From the human T2T-CHM13v2.0 reference genome, Homo sapiens: a stretch of DNA of 64,000 nt. The stretch lies in assembly GCF_009914755.1 (NCBI RefSeq), contig NC_060933.1. One strand, given 5' to 3'. The notes under the pieces are model-generated. The model saw only the letters and a list, made by a program, of their open reading frames with translations, did no database searches and had not been told where the DNA came from. The position numbers and the translations under genes are program-made. Shown piece after piece: positions 13,901 to 30,000 of the stretch. Each line of letters opens with the position of its first letter. Positions within the stretch are counted from its first letter, which is position 1.

Positions 13901-16900
13901 CCATTCCATTCGGGTTGTTCCATTCCATTCCATTCCATTCCACTCCATTCCGGAAGATTCCATTCCATTGCATTCCATTCCATTCCATTCCCCTGCACTC
14001 GCGTTGATTCCATTCCATTCCATTCTATTCCATTCCATTCCCTTCCTTTCCGTTCCATTCCATTCTATTCCATTCCATTCCATTCCATTCCATTCCATTC
14101 CTTTCCATTCCATTCCATTCCATTCCATTCTATTCGGGTTAATTCCATTCCATTCCATTCGATTGCAATCGAGTTGATTCCATTCCATTCCTTTCCATTC
14201 CATTCCATTCCATTCCTTTCCATTCCATTACGGATGAATCCATTCCATTGCATTCCATTCCATTCCATTCCCCTGTTCTCGGGTTGATTCCATTCCATTC
14301 CATTCCAATCCATGCCATTCCACTCGTGTTGATTCCATTCTTTCCATTCCATTCAAGTTGAATCCATTCCATTGCATTCCATTCCATTCGATTCCATTCG
14401 ATTGCACTCGGGTTGATTCCATTACATTGCATTCCATTCCATTCCATTCCATTCCATTCCATTCCGTTCCATTCCATTTCATTACATTCAGATTAATTCT
14501 ATTCAATTCCCTTACACTCCATTATATTCCAATCCTTTCTGGTTGTCTCCATTCCATTCCATTCCATTTCACTCCATTCCATTGCACTCTGGTTGTTTCC
14601 ATTCCATTCCATTCCATTGCATTCCATTCCATTCCATTCCGGATGATTCCATTCCATTGCATTCCATTCCATTCCATTCCCCTGCACTCGGGTTGATTCC
14701 ATTCCACTCCATTACATTACATTCCGTTCCATTCCATTCCATTCCATTCGGATTGATTCTATTCAATTCCCTTACACTCCATTACATTCCATTCCATTCG
14801 GGTAGTTTCCATTCCATTCCATTCCATTCCTCTCCATTCCATTGCACTCGGGTTGATTCCATTCCATTCCATTACATTACATTCCATTCCATTCCGTTCC
14901 ATTTTACTCGGGTTGATTCCATTCCATTGCATTCCATTCCATTCCATTCCATTCCATTCCGTTCCATTCCATTACATTCGGATTGATTCTATTCAACTCC
15001 ATTACTCTCCATTACATTCCATTCCATTCGGGTTGTTCCATTCCATTCCATTCCATTCCACTCCATTCCATTGCGCTCGGGTTGATTCCATTCCATTCCA
15101 TTCCATTCCATTCCATTCCATTCCATTCCATTCCGGATGATTCCATTCCATTGCATTCCGTTCCATTACATTCCCCTGCACTCGGGTTGATTCCATTCCA
15201 TTCCATTCCATTCCATTCCATTCCATTCCAATTCTTTCCATTCCATTCTATTCCGTACCATTCCATTCCATTCCATACAATTCCATTCCATTCCATTCAA
15301 CTCCGTTCCGTTCCGTTCCGTTCTGTTCCGTTCCATTCCATTCCATTCCATTCTATTCCGTTTAATTCCATTCCATTCCATTCCATTCCATTCCATTCCA
15401 TTCTATTCCATTCCATTGCAATCGAGTTGAATCCATTGCATTCCATTGCATTCCATTCCATTCCATTCCTTTCCATTCCATTCCATTCCATTCCATTCCA
15501 TTGTACTCGGGTTGATTCCATTCCATTGCATTCCATTCCATTCCATTCCATTCTATTCCATTCCATTCCGTTCCATACCATTCCATTACTTTCGGATTGA
15601 TTCTATTCAATTCCCTTACACTCCATTACATTCCATTGCATTCCATTCCATTCCATTCCATTTCGTTCCATTCCATTCCATTCCATTTCATTCCATTCCA
15701 TTCCATTCCACTCGTGTTGATTTCATTCTTTTCCATTCCATTCGGTTTGAAGGCATTCCATTCCATTCCATTCCATTCCATTCCATTCCATTCCATTCCA
15801 TTGTACTCGGGTTGATTCCATTCCATTCCATTCCATTCCATTCCATTCCATTCCATTCCATTCCGTTGCGTTCCATTCCATTACATTCGGATTGATTCTA
15901 TTCAACTCCCTTACTCTCCATTACATTCCATTCCATTCGGGTTGTTCCATTCCATTCCATTCCATTCCACTCCATTCCATTGCACTCGGGCTGATTCCAT
16001 TCCATTCCATTCCATTCCATTCCATTCCGGATGATTCCATTCTATTGCATTCCGTTCCATTTCATTCCCCTGCACTCGCGTTGATTCCATTCCATACCAT
16101 TCCATTCCATTCAATTCCATTCCATTACAATTCGTTCCATTCCATTCTATTCCGTACCATTCCATTCCATTCCATACCATTCCATTCCATTCCATTCCAT
16201 TCCACTCCGTTCCATTCCGTTCCATTCCATTCCATTCCATTCTATTCGGGTTAATTCCATTCCATTCCATTCCATTCCATTCCATTCCATTCTATTCCAT
16301 TCCCCTGCACTCGAGTTGATTCATTTCCTTTCCATTCCATACCATTCCATTCCATTCCATTCCATTCCATTCCGTTCCATTCCGTTCCATTCCGTTCCAT
16401 TCCATTCCATTCCATTCTATTCGGGTTAATTCCATTCCATTCCATTCCATTCCATTCCATTCCATTCCATTCTATTCCATTCCATTGCAATCGAGTTGAA
16501 TCCATTGCATTTCATTCCATTCCATTCCATTCCATTCCATTCCGGAAGATTCCATTCCATTGCATTCCATTCCATTCCATTCCCCTGCACTCGAGTTGAT
16601 TCATTTCCATTCCATTCCATTCCATTCCATTCCATTCCATTCTGTTCCGTTCCGTTCCATTCCATTCCATTCCATTCCATTCCGTTCCGTTCCATTCCAT
16701 TCCATTCCATTCTATTCGGGTTAATTCCATTCCATTCCATTCGATTGCAATCGAGTTGATTCCATTCCATTCCATTCCTTTCCATTCCATTCCATTCCAT
16801 TCCTTTCCATTCCATTACGGATGATTCCATTCCATTGCATTCCATTCCATTCCATTCCCCTGTACTCGGGTTGATTCCATTCCATTCCATTCCAATCCAT

Positions 16901-19900
16901 GCCATTCCACTCGTGTTGATTCCATTCTTTCCATTCCATTCATGTTGAATCCATTCCATTGCATTACATTCCATTCTATTCCATTCGATTGCACTCGGGT
17001 TGATTCCATTCCATTGCATTCCATTCCATTCCATTCCATTCCGTTCCATTCCATTTCATTACATTCAGATTGATTCTATTCAATTCCCTTACACTCCATT
17101 ATATTCCAATCCATTCTGGTTGTTTCCATTCCATTCCATTCCATTTCACTCCATTCCATTGCACTCGGGTTGATTCCATTCCATTCCATTCCATTGCATT
17201 CCATTCCATTCCATTCCGGATGATTCCATTCCATTGCATTCCTTTCCATTCCATTCCCCTGCACTCGGGTTGATTCCATTCCATTCCATTCAATTACATT
17301 CCTTTCCATTCCATTCCATTCCATTCGGATTGATTCTATTCAATTCCCTTACACTCCATTACATTCCATTCCATTCGGGTACTTTCCATTCCATTCCATT
17401 CCATTCCTCTACATTCCATTGCACTCGGGTTGATTCCATTCCATTCCATTCCATTCCATTCCATTCCATTCCATTACATTCCATTCCATTCCGTTCCATT
17501 GTACTTGGGTTGATTCCATTCCATTGCATTCCATTCCATTCCATTCCATTCCATTCCATTCCTTTCTATTCCAGTCCTTTCGATTCCATTCCACTCGGGT
17601 TGATTCCATTCTATTAGTTTCCATTCCATTCCATTCCCTTCCATTCTACTCTGCTTGATTCCATTCCTTTCCGTTCCACTCGAATACATTCCCTCCTATT
17701 CCACTTGGAACGATTCCATTCCATTCCATTCCATTCCATTCCATTCCATTCCATTCCATTCCATTTCGTTCCATTCCATTCTATTCCGTATCATTCCATT
17801 CCATTCCATGCCATTCCATTCCATTCCATTCCATTCCATTCCACTCGTGTTGATTCCATTCCTTTCCATTCCATTCGGTTTGAAGGTATTCCAATCCATT
17901 CCATTCCATTCCATTCCATTCCATTCCATTCCATTCCATTGTACTCGGGTTGATTCCATTCCATTGCATTCCATTCCATTCCATTCCATTCCATTCCATT
18001 CCATTCCATTCCATTCCGTTGCATTCCATTCCATTACATTCGGATTGATTCTATTCAACTCCCTTACTCTCCATTTCATTCCATTCCATTCGGGTTGTTC
18101 CATTCCATTCCATTCCATTCCACTCCATTCCATTGCACTGGGGTTGATTCCATTCCATTCCATTCCATTCCATTCCATTCCATTCCATTCCGGATGATTC
18201 CATTCCATTGCATTCCGTTCCATTACATTCCCATGCACTCGCGTTGATTCCATTCCATTCCATTCCATTCCATTCAATTCCATTCCATTACAATTCTTTC
18301 CATTCCATTCTATTCCGTACCATTCCATTCCATTCCATTCCATTCCATTCCATTCCATTCCGTTCCATTCAGTTCCATTCCATTCCATTCCATTCTATTC
18401 GTATTAATTCCATTCCATTCCATTCCATTCCATTCTATTCCATTCCATTGCAATCGAGTTGAATCCATTGCATTTCATTCCATTGCATTCCATTGCATTC
18501 CATTCCGGAAGATTCCATTCAATTGCATTCCATTCCATTCCATTCCCCTGCACTCGCGTTGATTCCATTCCATTCCATTCCATTCCATTCCATTCCGTTC
18601 CGTTCCATTCCATTCCATTCCATTCCATTCCGTTCCATTCCATTCCATTGCATTCTATTCGGGTTAATTCCATTCCATTCCATTCGATTGCAATCGAGTT
18701 GATTCCATTCCATTCCATTCCGTTCCGTTCCATTCCATTCCATTCCATTCCATTCCGTTCCATTCCATTCCATTCCATTCTATTCGGGTTAATTCCATTC
18801 CATTCCATTCGATTGCAATCGAGTTGATTCCATTCCATTCCATTCCATTCCATTCCATTCCATTCCATTCCTTTCCATTCCATTACGGATGATTCCATTC
18901 CATAGCATTCCATTCCATTCCATTCCCCTGTAGTCGGGTTGATTCCGTTCCATTCCATTCCAATCCATGCCATTCCACTCGTGTTGATTCCATTCTTTCC
19001 ATTCCATTCAAGTTGAATCCATTCCATTGCATTCCATTCCATTCGATTCCATTCGATTTCACTCGGGATGATTCCATTCCATTCCATTCCATTCCATTCC
19101 ATTCCATTCCATTCCGTTCCATTCCATTCCATTATATTCGGATTGATTCTATTCAATTCCCTTACACTCCATTCCATTCCATTCCATTCCATTCCATTCC
19201 ATTTCGTTCCATTCCATTCTATTCCGTATCATTCCATTCCATTCCATTCCATTCCATTCCATTCCATTCCATTCCATTCCACTCGTGTTGATTTCATTCC
19301 TTTCCATTCCATTCTGTTTGAAGGCATTCCATTCCATTCCATTCCTTTCCATTCCATTCCATTCCACTCTGGTTGATTCCATTCCTTTCCATTCCACTCG
19401 AATACATTCCCTCGTATTCCACTCGGAACGATTCCATTCCATTCCATTCCATTCCATTCCATTCCATTGTACTCGGGTTGATTCAATTCCATTGCATTCC
19501 ATTCCATTCCATTCCATTCCATTCCATTCCGTTGCATTCCATTCCATTACATTCGGATTGATTCTATTCAACTCCCTTACTCTCCATTACATTCCACTCC
19601 ATTCGGGTTGTTCCATTCCATTCCATTCCACTCTATTCCATTGCACTCGGGTTGATTCCATTCCATTCCATTCCATTCCATTCCATTCCGGATGATTCCA
19701 TTCCATTGCATTCCGTTCCATTACATTCCCCTGCACTCGCGTTGATTCCATTCCATTCCATTCCATTCCATTCCATTCCGTTCCATTCCGTTCCATTCCA
19801 TTCCATTCCATTCTATTCGGATTAATTCCATTCCATTCCATTCCATTCCATTCTATTCCATTCCATTGCAATCGAGTTGAATCCATTGCATTTCATTCCA

Positions 19901-21789
19901 TTCCATTCCATTCCATTCCATTCCATTCCGGAAATTCCATTCCATTCCATTCCATTCCATTCCATTCCCCTGCACTCGCGTTGATTCCATTCCATTCCAT
20001 TCCATTCCATTCTATTCCGTTCCGTTCCATTCCATTCCATTCCATTCCATTCCATTCCATTCCATTCCGTTCCGTTCCATTCCATTCCATTCCATTCTAT
20101 TCGGGTTAATTCCATTCCATTCCATTCGATTGCAATCGAGTTGATTCCATTCCATTCCATTCGATTCCATTCCATTCCATTCCATTCCATTCCTTTCCAT
20201 TCCATTACGGATGATTCCATTCCATTGCATTCCATTCCATTCCATTCCCCTGTACTCGGGTTGATTCCATTCCATTCCATTCCAATCCATGCCACTCCAC
20301 TCGTGTTGACTCCATTCTTTCCATTCCATTCATGTTGAATCCATTCCATTGCATTCCATTCCATTCGATTCCATTCGATTGCACTCGGGTTGATTCCATT
20401 CCATTGCATTCCATTCCATTCCATTCCATTCCATTCCATTCCGTTCCGTTCCATTCCATTCCATTACATTCGGATTGATTATATTCAATTCCCTTACACT
20501 CCATTACATTCCATTCCATTCGGGTAGTTTCCATTCCATTCCATTGCATTCCTCTCCATTCCATTGCACTCGGGTTGATTCCATTCCATTGCATTCCATT
20601 CCATTCCATTCAATTCCATTCCGTTCCATTCCATTCCATTACATTCGGATTGATTCTATTCAACTCCCTTACTCTCCATTATATTCCATTCCATTCGGGT
20701 TGTTCCATTCCATTCCATTCCATTCCACTCCATTCCATTGCACTCGGGTTGACTCCATGCCATTCCATTCCATTCCATTCCATTCCATTCCATTCCATTC
20801 CGGAAGATTCCATTCCATTGCATTCCCTTCCATTCCATTCCCCTGCACTCGCGTTGATTCCATTCTATTCCATTCTATTCCATTCCATTGCATTCCTTTC
20901 CGTTCCTTTCCATTCCATTCCACTCCATTCCGTTCCGTTCCATTCCATTCCATTCCATTCTATTCGGGTTAATTCCATTCCATTCCATTCGATTGCAATC
21001 GAGTTGATTCCATTCCATTCCATTCCATTCCATTCCATTCCTTTCCATTCCATTGCATTCCGTTCCATAGTACTCAGGTTGATTCCATTCCATTGCATTC
21101 CATTCCATTCCATTCCATTCCATTCCATTCCATTCCGTTCCATTCCATTACATTCGGATTGATTCTATTCAACTCCCTTTCTCTCCATTACATTCCATTC
21201 CATTCGGGTTGTTCCATTCCATTCCATTCCATTCCACTCCATTCCATTGCGCTCGGGTTAATTCCATTCCATTCCATATCATTCCATTCCATTCCATTCC
21301 ATTCCATTCCGGATGATTCCATTCCATTGCATTCCGTTCCATTACATTCCCCTGCACTCGGGTTGATTCCATTCCATTCCATTCCATTCCATTCGATTCC
21401 ATTCCATTCCAATTCTTTCCATTCCATAATATTCCGTACCATTCCATTCCATTCCATACAATTCCATTCCATTCCATTCCACTCCGTTCCGTTCCGTTCC
21501 GTTCTGTTCCGTTCCATTCCATTCCATTCCATTCTATTCGGTTTAATTCTATCCCATTCCATTCCATTCCATTCCATTCTTTTCCATTCCATTGCAATCG
21601 ACTTGAATCCATTCCATTCCATTCCATTCCATTCCAATCCATTCCATTCCATTCCATTCCGGAAAATTCCATTCCATTGCATTCCATTCCATTCCTTTCC
21701 ATTCCATTCCATTCCATTCCATTCCATTGTATTCGGGTTGATTCCATTCCATTTCATTCCATTCCATTCCACTCCATTCCATTCCATTC

Positions 21790-23140
21790 CATTCCATTCC
21801 GTTCCATTCCATTCCATTACTTTCGGATTGATTCTTTTCAACTCCCTTACTCTCCATTACATTCCATTCCATTCGGGTTGTTCCATTCCATTCCATTCCA
21901 TTCCACTCCATTCCATTGCACACGGGTTGATTCCATTCCATTCCATTCCATTCCATTCCATTCCATTCCATTCCATTCCGGAAGATTCCATTCCATTGCA
22001 TTCCATTCCATTCCATTCCCCTGCACTCGCGTTGATTCCATTCCATTCCATTCTATTCCATTCCATTCCCTTCCTTTCCGTTCCATTCCATTCCATTCCA
22101 TTCCATTCCGTTCCGTTCCATTCCATTCCATTCCATTCTATTCGGGTTAATTCCATTCCATTCCATTCGATTGCAATCGAGTTGATTCCATTCCATTCCA
22201 TTCCATTCCATTCCATTCCATTCCATTCCTTTCCATTCCATTACGGATGATTCCATTCCATTGCATTCCATTCCATTCCATTCCCCTGTACTCGGGGTGA
22301 TTCCATTCCATTCCATTCCAATCCATGCCATTCCACTGGTGTTGATTCCATTCTTTCCATTTCATTCAAGTTGAATCCATTCCATTGCATTCCATTCCAT
22401 TCGATTCCATTCGATTGCACTCGGGTTGATTCCATTCCATTGCATTCCATTCCATTCCATTCCATTCCATTCCGTTCCATTCCATTCCATTACTTTCGGA
22501 TTGATTCTTTTCAACTCCCTTACTCTCCATTACATTCCATTCCATTCGGGTTGTTCCATTCCATTCCATTCCATTCCACTCCATTCCATTGCACACGGGT
22601 TGATTCCATTCCATACCATTCCATTCCATTCCATTCCATTCCGGAAGATTCCATTCCATTGCATTCCATTCCATTCCATTCCCCTGCACTCGCGTTGATT
22701 CCATTCCATTCCATTCTATTCCATTCCATTCCCTTCCTTTCCGTTCCATTCCATTCCATTCCATTCCATTCCGTTCCGTTCCATTCCATTCCATTCCATT
22801 CTATTCGGGTTAATTCCATTCCATTCCATTCGATTGCAATCGAGTTGATTCCATTCCATTCCATTCCATTCCATTCCATTCCATTCCATTCCATTCCTTT
22901 CCATTCCATTACGGATGATTCCATTCCATTGCATTCCATTCCATTCCATTCCCCTGTACTCGGGGTGATTCCATTCCATTCCATTCCAATCCATGCCATT
23001 CCACTGGTGTTGATTCCATTCTTTCCATTTCATTCAAGTTGAATCCATTCCATTGCATTCCATTCCATTCGATTCCATTCGATTGCACTCGGGTTGATTC
23101 CATTCCATTGCATTCCATTCCATTCCATTCCATTGCATTC
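21790..23140 (+). repeat. Tandem duplication, 2 copies of ~670 bp
   Basis: TACTTTCGGATTGATTCTTTTCAAC occurs at 21818 and 22491, CTCGGGGTGATTCC at ~22291 and ~22959, and CACACGGG, CCACTGGTGTTG and CTTTCCATTTCATTCAAG are in both copies. ORF offset is 668 (22371/23039). Confidence 0.9.
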
Positions 23141-26100
23141 CGTTCCATTCCATTTCATTACATTCAGATTGATTCTATTCAATTCCCTTACACTCCATTA
23201 TATTCCAATCCATTCTGGTTGTCTCCATTCCATTCCATTCCATTTCACTCCATTCCATTGCACTCAGGTTGATTCCATTCCACTCCATTCCATTGCATTC
23301 CATTCCATTCCATTCCATTCCATTCCATTCCATTCCATTCCATTCCATTCCATTCTGTTCCGTTCCATTCCATTCCATTCCATTCTATTCGGGTTAATTC
23401 CATTCCATTCCATTCGATTGCAATCGAGTTGATTCCTTTCCATTCCATTCCATTCCATTCCATTCCATTCCATTCCATTCCTTTCCATTCCTTTCCATTC
23501 CATTACTGATGATTCCATTCCATTGCATTCCATTCCATTCCATTCCCCTGTACTCGGGTTGATTCCATTCCATTCCATTCCATTCCAATCCATGCCATTC
23601 CACTCGTGTTGATTCCATTCTTTCCTTTCCATTCAAGTTGAATCCATTCCATTGCATTCCATTCCATTCGATTCCATTCGATTGCACTCGGGTTGATTCC
23701 ATTCCATTGCATTCCATTCCATTCCATTCCATTCCATTCCGTTCCATTCCTTTTCATTACATTCAGATTGATTCTATTCAATTCCCTTACACTCCATTAT
23801 ATTCCAATCCATTCTGGTTGTTTCCATTCCATTCCATTCCATTTCACTCCATTCCATTGCACTCGGGTTCATTCCATTCCATTCCATTCCATTGCATTCC
23901 ATTCCATTCCATTCCGGATGATTCCATTCCATTGCATTCCATTCCATTCCATTCCCCTGCACTCGTGTTTATTCCATTCCATTCCATTCCATTACATTCC
24001 GTTCCATTCCATTCCATTCCATTCGGATTGATTCTATTCAATTCCCTTACACTCCATTACATTCCATTCCATTCGGGTAGTTTACATTCCATTCCATTCC
24101 ATTCCTCTCCATTCCATTGCACTCGGGTTGATTCCATTCCATTCCATTCCATTCCATTCCATTCCATTCCATTCCATTACATTACATTCCGGTCCATTGT
24201 ACTCGGGTTGATTCCATTCCATTGCATTCCATTCCATTCCATTCCATTCCATTCCATTCCATTCCATTCCGTTCCATTCCATTACATTCGTATTGATTCT
24301 ATTCAACTCCCTAACTCTCCATTACATTCCATTCCATTCGGGTTGTTCCATTCCATTCCATTCCATTCCGTTCCGTTCCATTCCATTCCATTCCATTCTA
24401 TTCGGGTTAATTCCATTCCATTCCATTCCATTCCGGATGATTCCATTCCATTGCATTCCATTCCATTCCATTCCCCTGCACTCGGGTTGATTCCATTCCA
24501 TTCTACTCCATTCCGTTCCATTCCATTCCATTCCATTGTATTCGGGTTAATTCCATTCCATTCCATTCCATTGCATTCCATTCCATTCCATTACAATCGA
24601 GTTGATTCCATTCCATTCCATTCCATTCCAGTCCTTTCCATTCAATTCCACTCGGGATGATTCCATTCTATTAGTTTCCATTCCATTCCATTCCCTTCCA
24701 TTCCACTCTGGTTGATACCATTCCTTTCCATTCCACTCGAATACATTCCCTCCTATTCCACTCGGAACGATTCCATTCCATTCCATTTCATTCCATTCCA
24801 TTCCATTTCATTTCGTTCCATTCCATTCTATTCCGTATCATTCCATTCCATTCCATTCCATTTCATTCCATTCCATTCCATTCCATTCCATTGTACTCGG
24901 GTTGATTCCATTCCATTGCATTCCATTCCATTCCATTCCATTCCATTCCATTCCGTTGCATTCCATTCCATTACATTCGGATTGATTCTATTCAACTCCC
25001 TTACTCTCCATTACATTCCATTCCATTCGGGTTGTTCCATTCCATTCCATTCCATTCCACTCCTTTCCATTGCACTCGGGTTGATTCCATTCCATTCCAT
25101 TCCATTGCATTCCATTCCATTCCATTCCATTCCGGATGATTCCATTCCATTGCATTCGGTTCCATTACATTCCACTGCACTCGCGTTGATTCCATTCCAT
25201 TCCATTCCATTCCATTCAATTCCATTCCATTACAATTCCTTCCATTCCATTCTATTCCGTACCATTCCATTCCATTCCATACAATTCCATTCCATTCCAT
25301 TCCATTCCATTCCGTTCCATTCCGTTCCATTCCATTCCATTCCATTCTATTCGGATTAATTCCATTCCATTCCATTCCATTCCATTCTATTCCATTCCAT
25401 TGCAATCGAGTTGAATCCATTGCATTTCATTCCATTCCATTCCATTCCATTCCATTCCGGAAGATTCCATTCCATTGCATTCCATTCCATTCCATTCCCC
25501 TGCACTCGCGTTGATTCCATTCCATTCCATTCCATTTCATTCCATTCCGTTCCGTTCCATTCCATTCCATTCCATTCCATTCCGTTCCGTTCCATTCCAT
25601 TCCATTCCATTCTATTCGGGTTAATTCCATTCCATTCCATTCGATTGCAATCGAGTTGATTCCATTCCATTCCATTCCATTCCATTCCATTCCTTTCCAT
25701 TCCATTACGGATGATTCCATTCCATTGCATTCCATACCATTCCATTCGCCTATACTCGGGTTGATTCCATTCCATTCCATTCCAATCCATGCCATTCCAC
25801 TCGTGTTGATTCCATTCTTTCCATTCCATTCAAGTTGAATCCATTCCATTGCATTCCATTCCATTCGATTCCATTCGATTGCACTCGGGTTGATTCCATT
25901 CCATTGCATTCCATTCCATTCCATTACATTCCATTCCATTCCGTTCCATTCCATTTCATTACATTCAGATTGATTGTATTCAATTCCCTTAAACTCCATT
26001 ATATTCCAATCCATTCTGGTTGTCTCCATTCCATTCCATTCCATTTCACTCCATTCCATTGCACTCGGGTTGATTCCATTCCATTGCATTCCATTCCATT

Positions 26101-26292
26101 CCATTCCGGATGATTCCATTCCATTGCATTCCATTCCATTCCATTCCCCTTCACTCGGGTTGATTCCATTCCATTCCAATACATTACATTCCTTTCCATT
26201 CCATTCCATTCCATTCGGATTGATTCTATTCAATTCCCTTACACTCCATTCCATTCCATTCCATTCGGGTATTTTCCATTCCATTCCATTCC

Positions 26293-27002
26293 ATTCCGGA
26301 AGATTCCATTCCATTGCATTCCATTCCATTCCATTCCCCTGCACTCGCGTTGATTCCATTCCATTCCATTCCATTCCATTCCATTCCTTTCCGTTCCATT
26401 CCATTCCATTCCATTCCATTCCAATCAATTCCATTCCGTTCCGTTCCGTTCCATTCCATTCCATTCCATTCTATTCGGGTTAATTCCATTCCATTCCATT
26501 CGATTGCAATCGAGTTGATTCCATTCCATTCCATTCCATTCCATTCCATTCCTTTCCATTCCATTACGGATGATTCCATTCCATTGCATTCCATTCCATT
26601 CCATTCCCCTGTACTCGGGTTGATTCCATTCCATTCCATTCCATTCCATTCTATTCCATTCCATTCCATTCCATTCCGGAAGATTCCATTCCATTGCATT
26701 CCATTCCATTCCATTCCCCTGCACTCGCGTTGATTCCATTCCATTCCATTCCATTCCATTCCGATCCGTTCCACTGCAATCGAGTTGAATCCATTGCATT
26801 CCATTCCATTCCATTCCATTCCATTCCGGAAGATTCCATTCCATTGCATTCCATTCCATTCCATTCCCCTGCACTCGCGTTGATTCCATTCCATTCCATT
26901 CCATTCCATTCCATTCCATTCTATTCCATTCCATTGCAATCGAGTTGAATCCATTGCATTGCATTCCATTCCATTCCATTCCATTCCATTCCGGAAGATT
27001 CC
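26293..27002. promoter_or_regulatory. Cluster of four HSE-like modules
   Basis: ATTCCGGAAGATTCC starts at 26293, 26673, 26823 and 26988. Confidence 0.5.
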
Positions 27003-30000
27003 ATTCCATTCCATTCCATTCCATTCCATTCCATTCCATTCCATTCAATTCCATTCCATTCTTTTCCATTCCATTTCATTACATTCAGGTTGATTCTATT
27101 CAATTCCCTTACACTCCATTATATTCCAATCCATTCTGGTTGTTTCCATTCCATTCCATTCCATTTCACTCCGTTCCATTGCACTCGGGTTGATTCCATT
27201 CCATTCCATTCCATTGCATTCCATTCCATTCCATTCCGGATGATTCCATTCCATTGCATTCCATTCCATTGCATTCCCCTGCACTCGGGTTGATTCCATT
27301 CCATTCCATTCCATTACATTCCGTTCCACTCCATTCCATTCCATTCGGATTGATTCTATTCAATTCCCTTACATTCCATTACATTCCATTCCATTCGGGT
27401 AGTTTCCATTCCATTCCATTCCATTCCATTCCTCTCCATTCCATTGCAATCGGGTTGAATCCATTCCATTCCATTCCATTCCATTCCATTCCATTCCATT
27501 ACATTACATTCCATTCCGTTCCATTGTACTCGGGTTGATTCCATTCCATTGCATTCCATTCCATTCCATTCCATTCCATTCCATTCCATTCCGTTCCATT
27601 CCATTACATTCGAATTGATTAAATTCAACTCCCTTACTCTCCATTACATTCCATTCCATTCGGGTTGTTCTATTCCATTCCATTCCGTTCCACTCCATTC
27701 CATTGCACTCGGCTTGATTCCATTCCATTCCATTCCATTCCATTCCATTCCATTCCATTCCGGATGATTCCATTCCACTGCATTCCGTTCCATTACATTC
27801 CCCTGCACTCGGGTTGATTCCATTCCATTCCATTCCATTCCATTCCATTCCATTCCATTCCAATTTTTTCCATTCCATTCTATTACGTACCATGCCATTC
27901 CATTCCATACAATTCCATTCCATTCCATTCCACTCCGTTCCGTTCCGTTCCGTTCCGTTCCATTCCATTCCATTCCATTCTATTCGGTTTAATTCCATTC
28001 CATTCCATTCCATTCTATTCCATTCCATTGCAATCGAGTTGAATCCATTGCATTCCATTCCATTCCATTCCATTCCATTCCATTCCGGAAGATTCCATTC
28101 CATTGCATTCCATTCCATTCCATTCCATTCCATTCCATTCCGTTCCATTCCATTCCATTACATTCGGATTGATTCTATTCAACTCCCTTACTCTCCATTC
28201 GATTCCATTCCATTCGGGTTGTTCCATTCCATTCCATTCCATTCCACTCCATTCCATTGCACTCGGGTTGATTCCATTCCATTCCATTCCATTCCATTCC
28301 ATTCCATTCCATTCCGGAAGATTCCATTCCATTGCATTCCATTCCATTCAATTCCCCTGCACTCGCGTTGATTCCATTCCATTCCATTCTATTCCATTCC
28401 ATTCCCTTCCTTTCCGTTCCATTCCATTCAATTCCATTCCATTCCATTCCGTTCCATTCCATTCCATTCCATTCCATTCTATTCGGGTTAATTCCATTGC
28501 ATTCCATTCGATTGCAATCGAGTTGATTCCATTCCATTCCATTCCATTCCATTCCATTCCATTACAATCGAGTTGATTCCATTCCATTCCATTCCATTCC
28601 AGTCCTTTCCATTCCATTCCTCTCGGGTTGATTCCATTCTATTAGTTTCCATTCCATTCCATTCCCTTCCATTCCACTCTGGTTGATTCCACTCCTTTCC
28701 ATTCCACTCGAATACATTCCATCCTATTCCACTCGGAACGATTCCATTCCATTCCATTCCATTCCATTCCATTCCATTCCATTCCATTCCATTCCATTCC
28801 ATTTCCTTCCATTCCATTCTATTCCGTATCATTCCATTCCATTCCATTCCATTCCATTCCATTCCATTCCATTCCTTTCCATTCCATTACGGATGATTCC
28901 ATTCCATTGCATTGCATTCCATTCCATTCCCCTATACTCGGGTTGATTCCATTCCATTGCATTCCATTCCATTCCATTCCATTCCATTCCATTTCATTAC
29001 ATTCAGATTGATTCTATTCAATTCCCTTACACTCCATTATATTCCAATCTATTCTGGTTGTCTCCATTCCATTCCATTCCATTTCACTCCATTCCATTGC
29101 ACTCGGGTTGATTCCATTCCATTCCATTCCATTGCATTCCATTCCTTTCCATTCCGGATGATTCCATTCCATTGCATTCCATTCCATTCCATTCCCCTGC
29201 ACTCGGGTTGATTCCATTCCATTCCATTACATTACATTCCGTTCCATTCCATTCCATTCCATTCGGATTGATTCTATTCAATTCCCTTACACTCCATTAC
29301 ATTCCATTCCATTCGGGTAGTTTCCATTCCATTCCATTCCATTCGTCTCCATTCCATTGCACTCGGGTTGATTCCATTCCATTCCATTCCATTCCATTCG
29401 ATTACATTACATTCCATTCCATTCCGTTCCATTGTACTCGGGTTGATTCCATTCCATTGCATTCCATTCCATTCCATTCCATTCCATTCCATTCCGTTCC
29501 ATTCCATTACATTCGGATTGATTCTATTCAACTCCCTTACTCTCCATTACATTCCATTCCATTCGGGTTGTTCCATTCCATTCCATTCCATTCCCCTCCA
29601 TTCCATTGTGCTCGGTTTGATTCCATTCCATTCCATTCCAATCCATTCCATTCCGTTCCGTTCCGTTCCATTCCATTCCATTCCATTCTATTCGGGTTAA
29701 TTCCATTCCATTCCATTCGGTTGCAATCGATTTGATTCCATTCCATTCCATTCCATTCCATTCCATTCCATTCCATTCCTTTCCATTCCATTACGGATGA
29801 TTCCATTCCATTGCATTCCATTCCATTCCATTCCCCTGTACTCGGGTTGATTCCATTCCATTCCATTCCAATCCATGCCATTCCACTCGTGTTGATTCCA
29901 TTCTTTCCATTCCATTCAAGTTGAATCCATTCCATTGCATTCCATTCCATTCCATTCCCCTGCAGTCGGGTTGTTTCCATTCCATTCCATTCCGTTCCGT

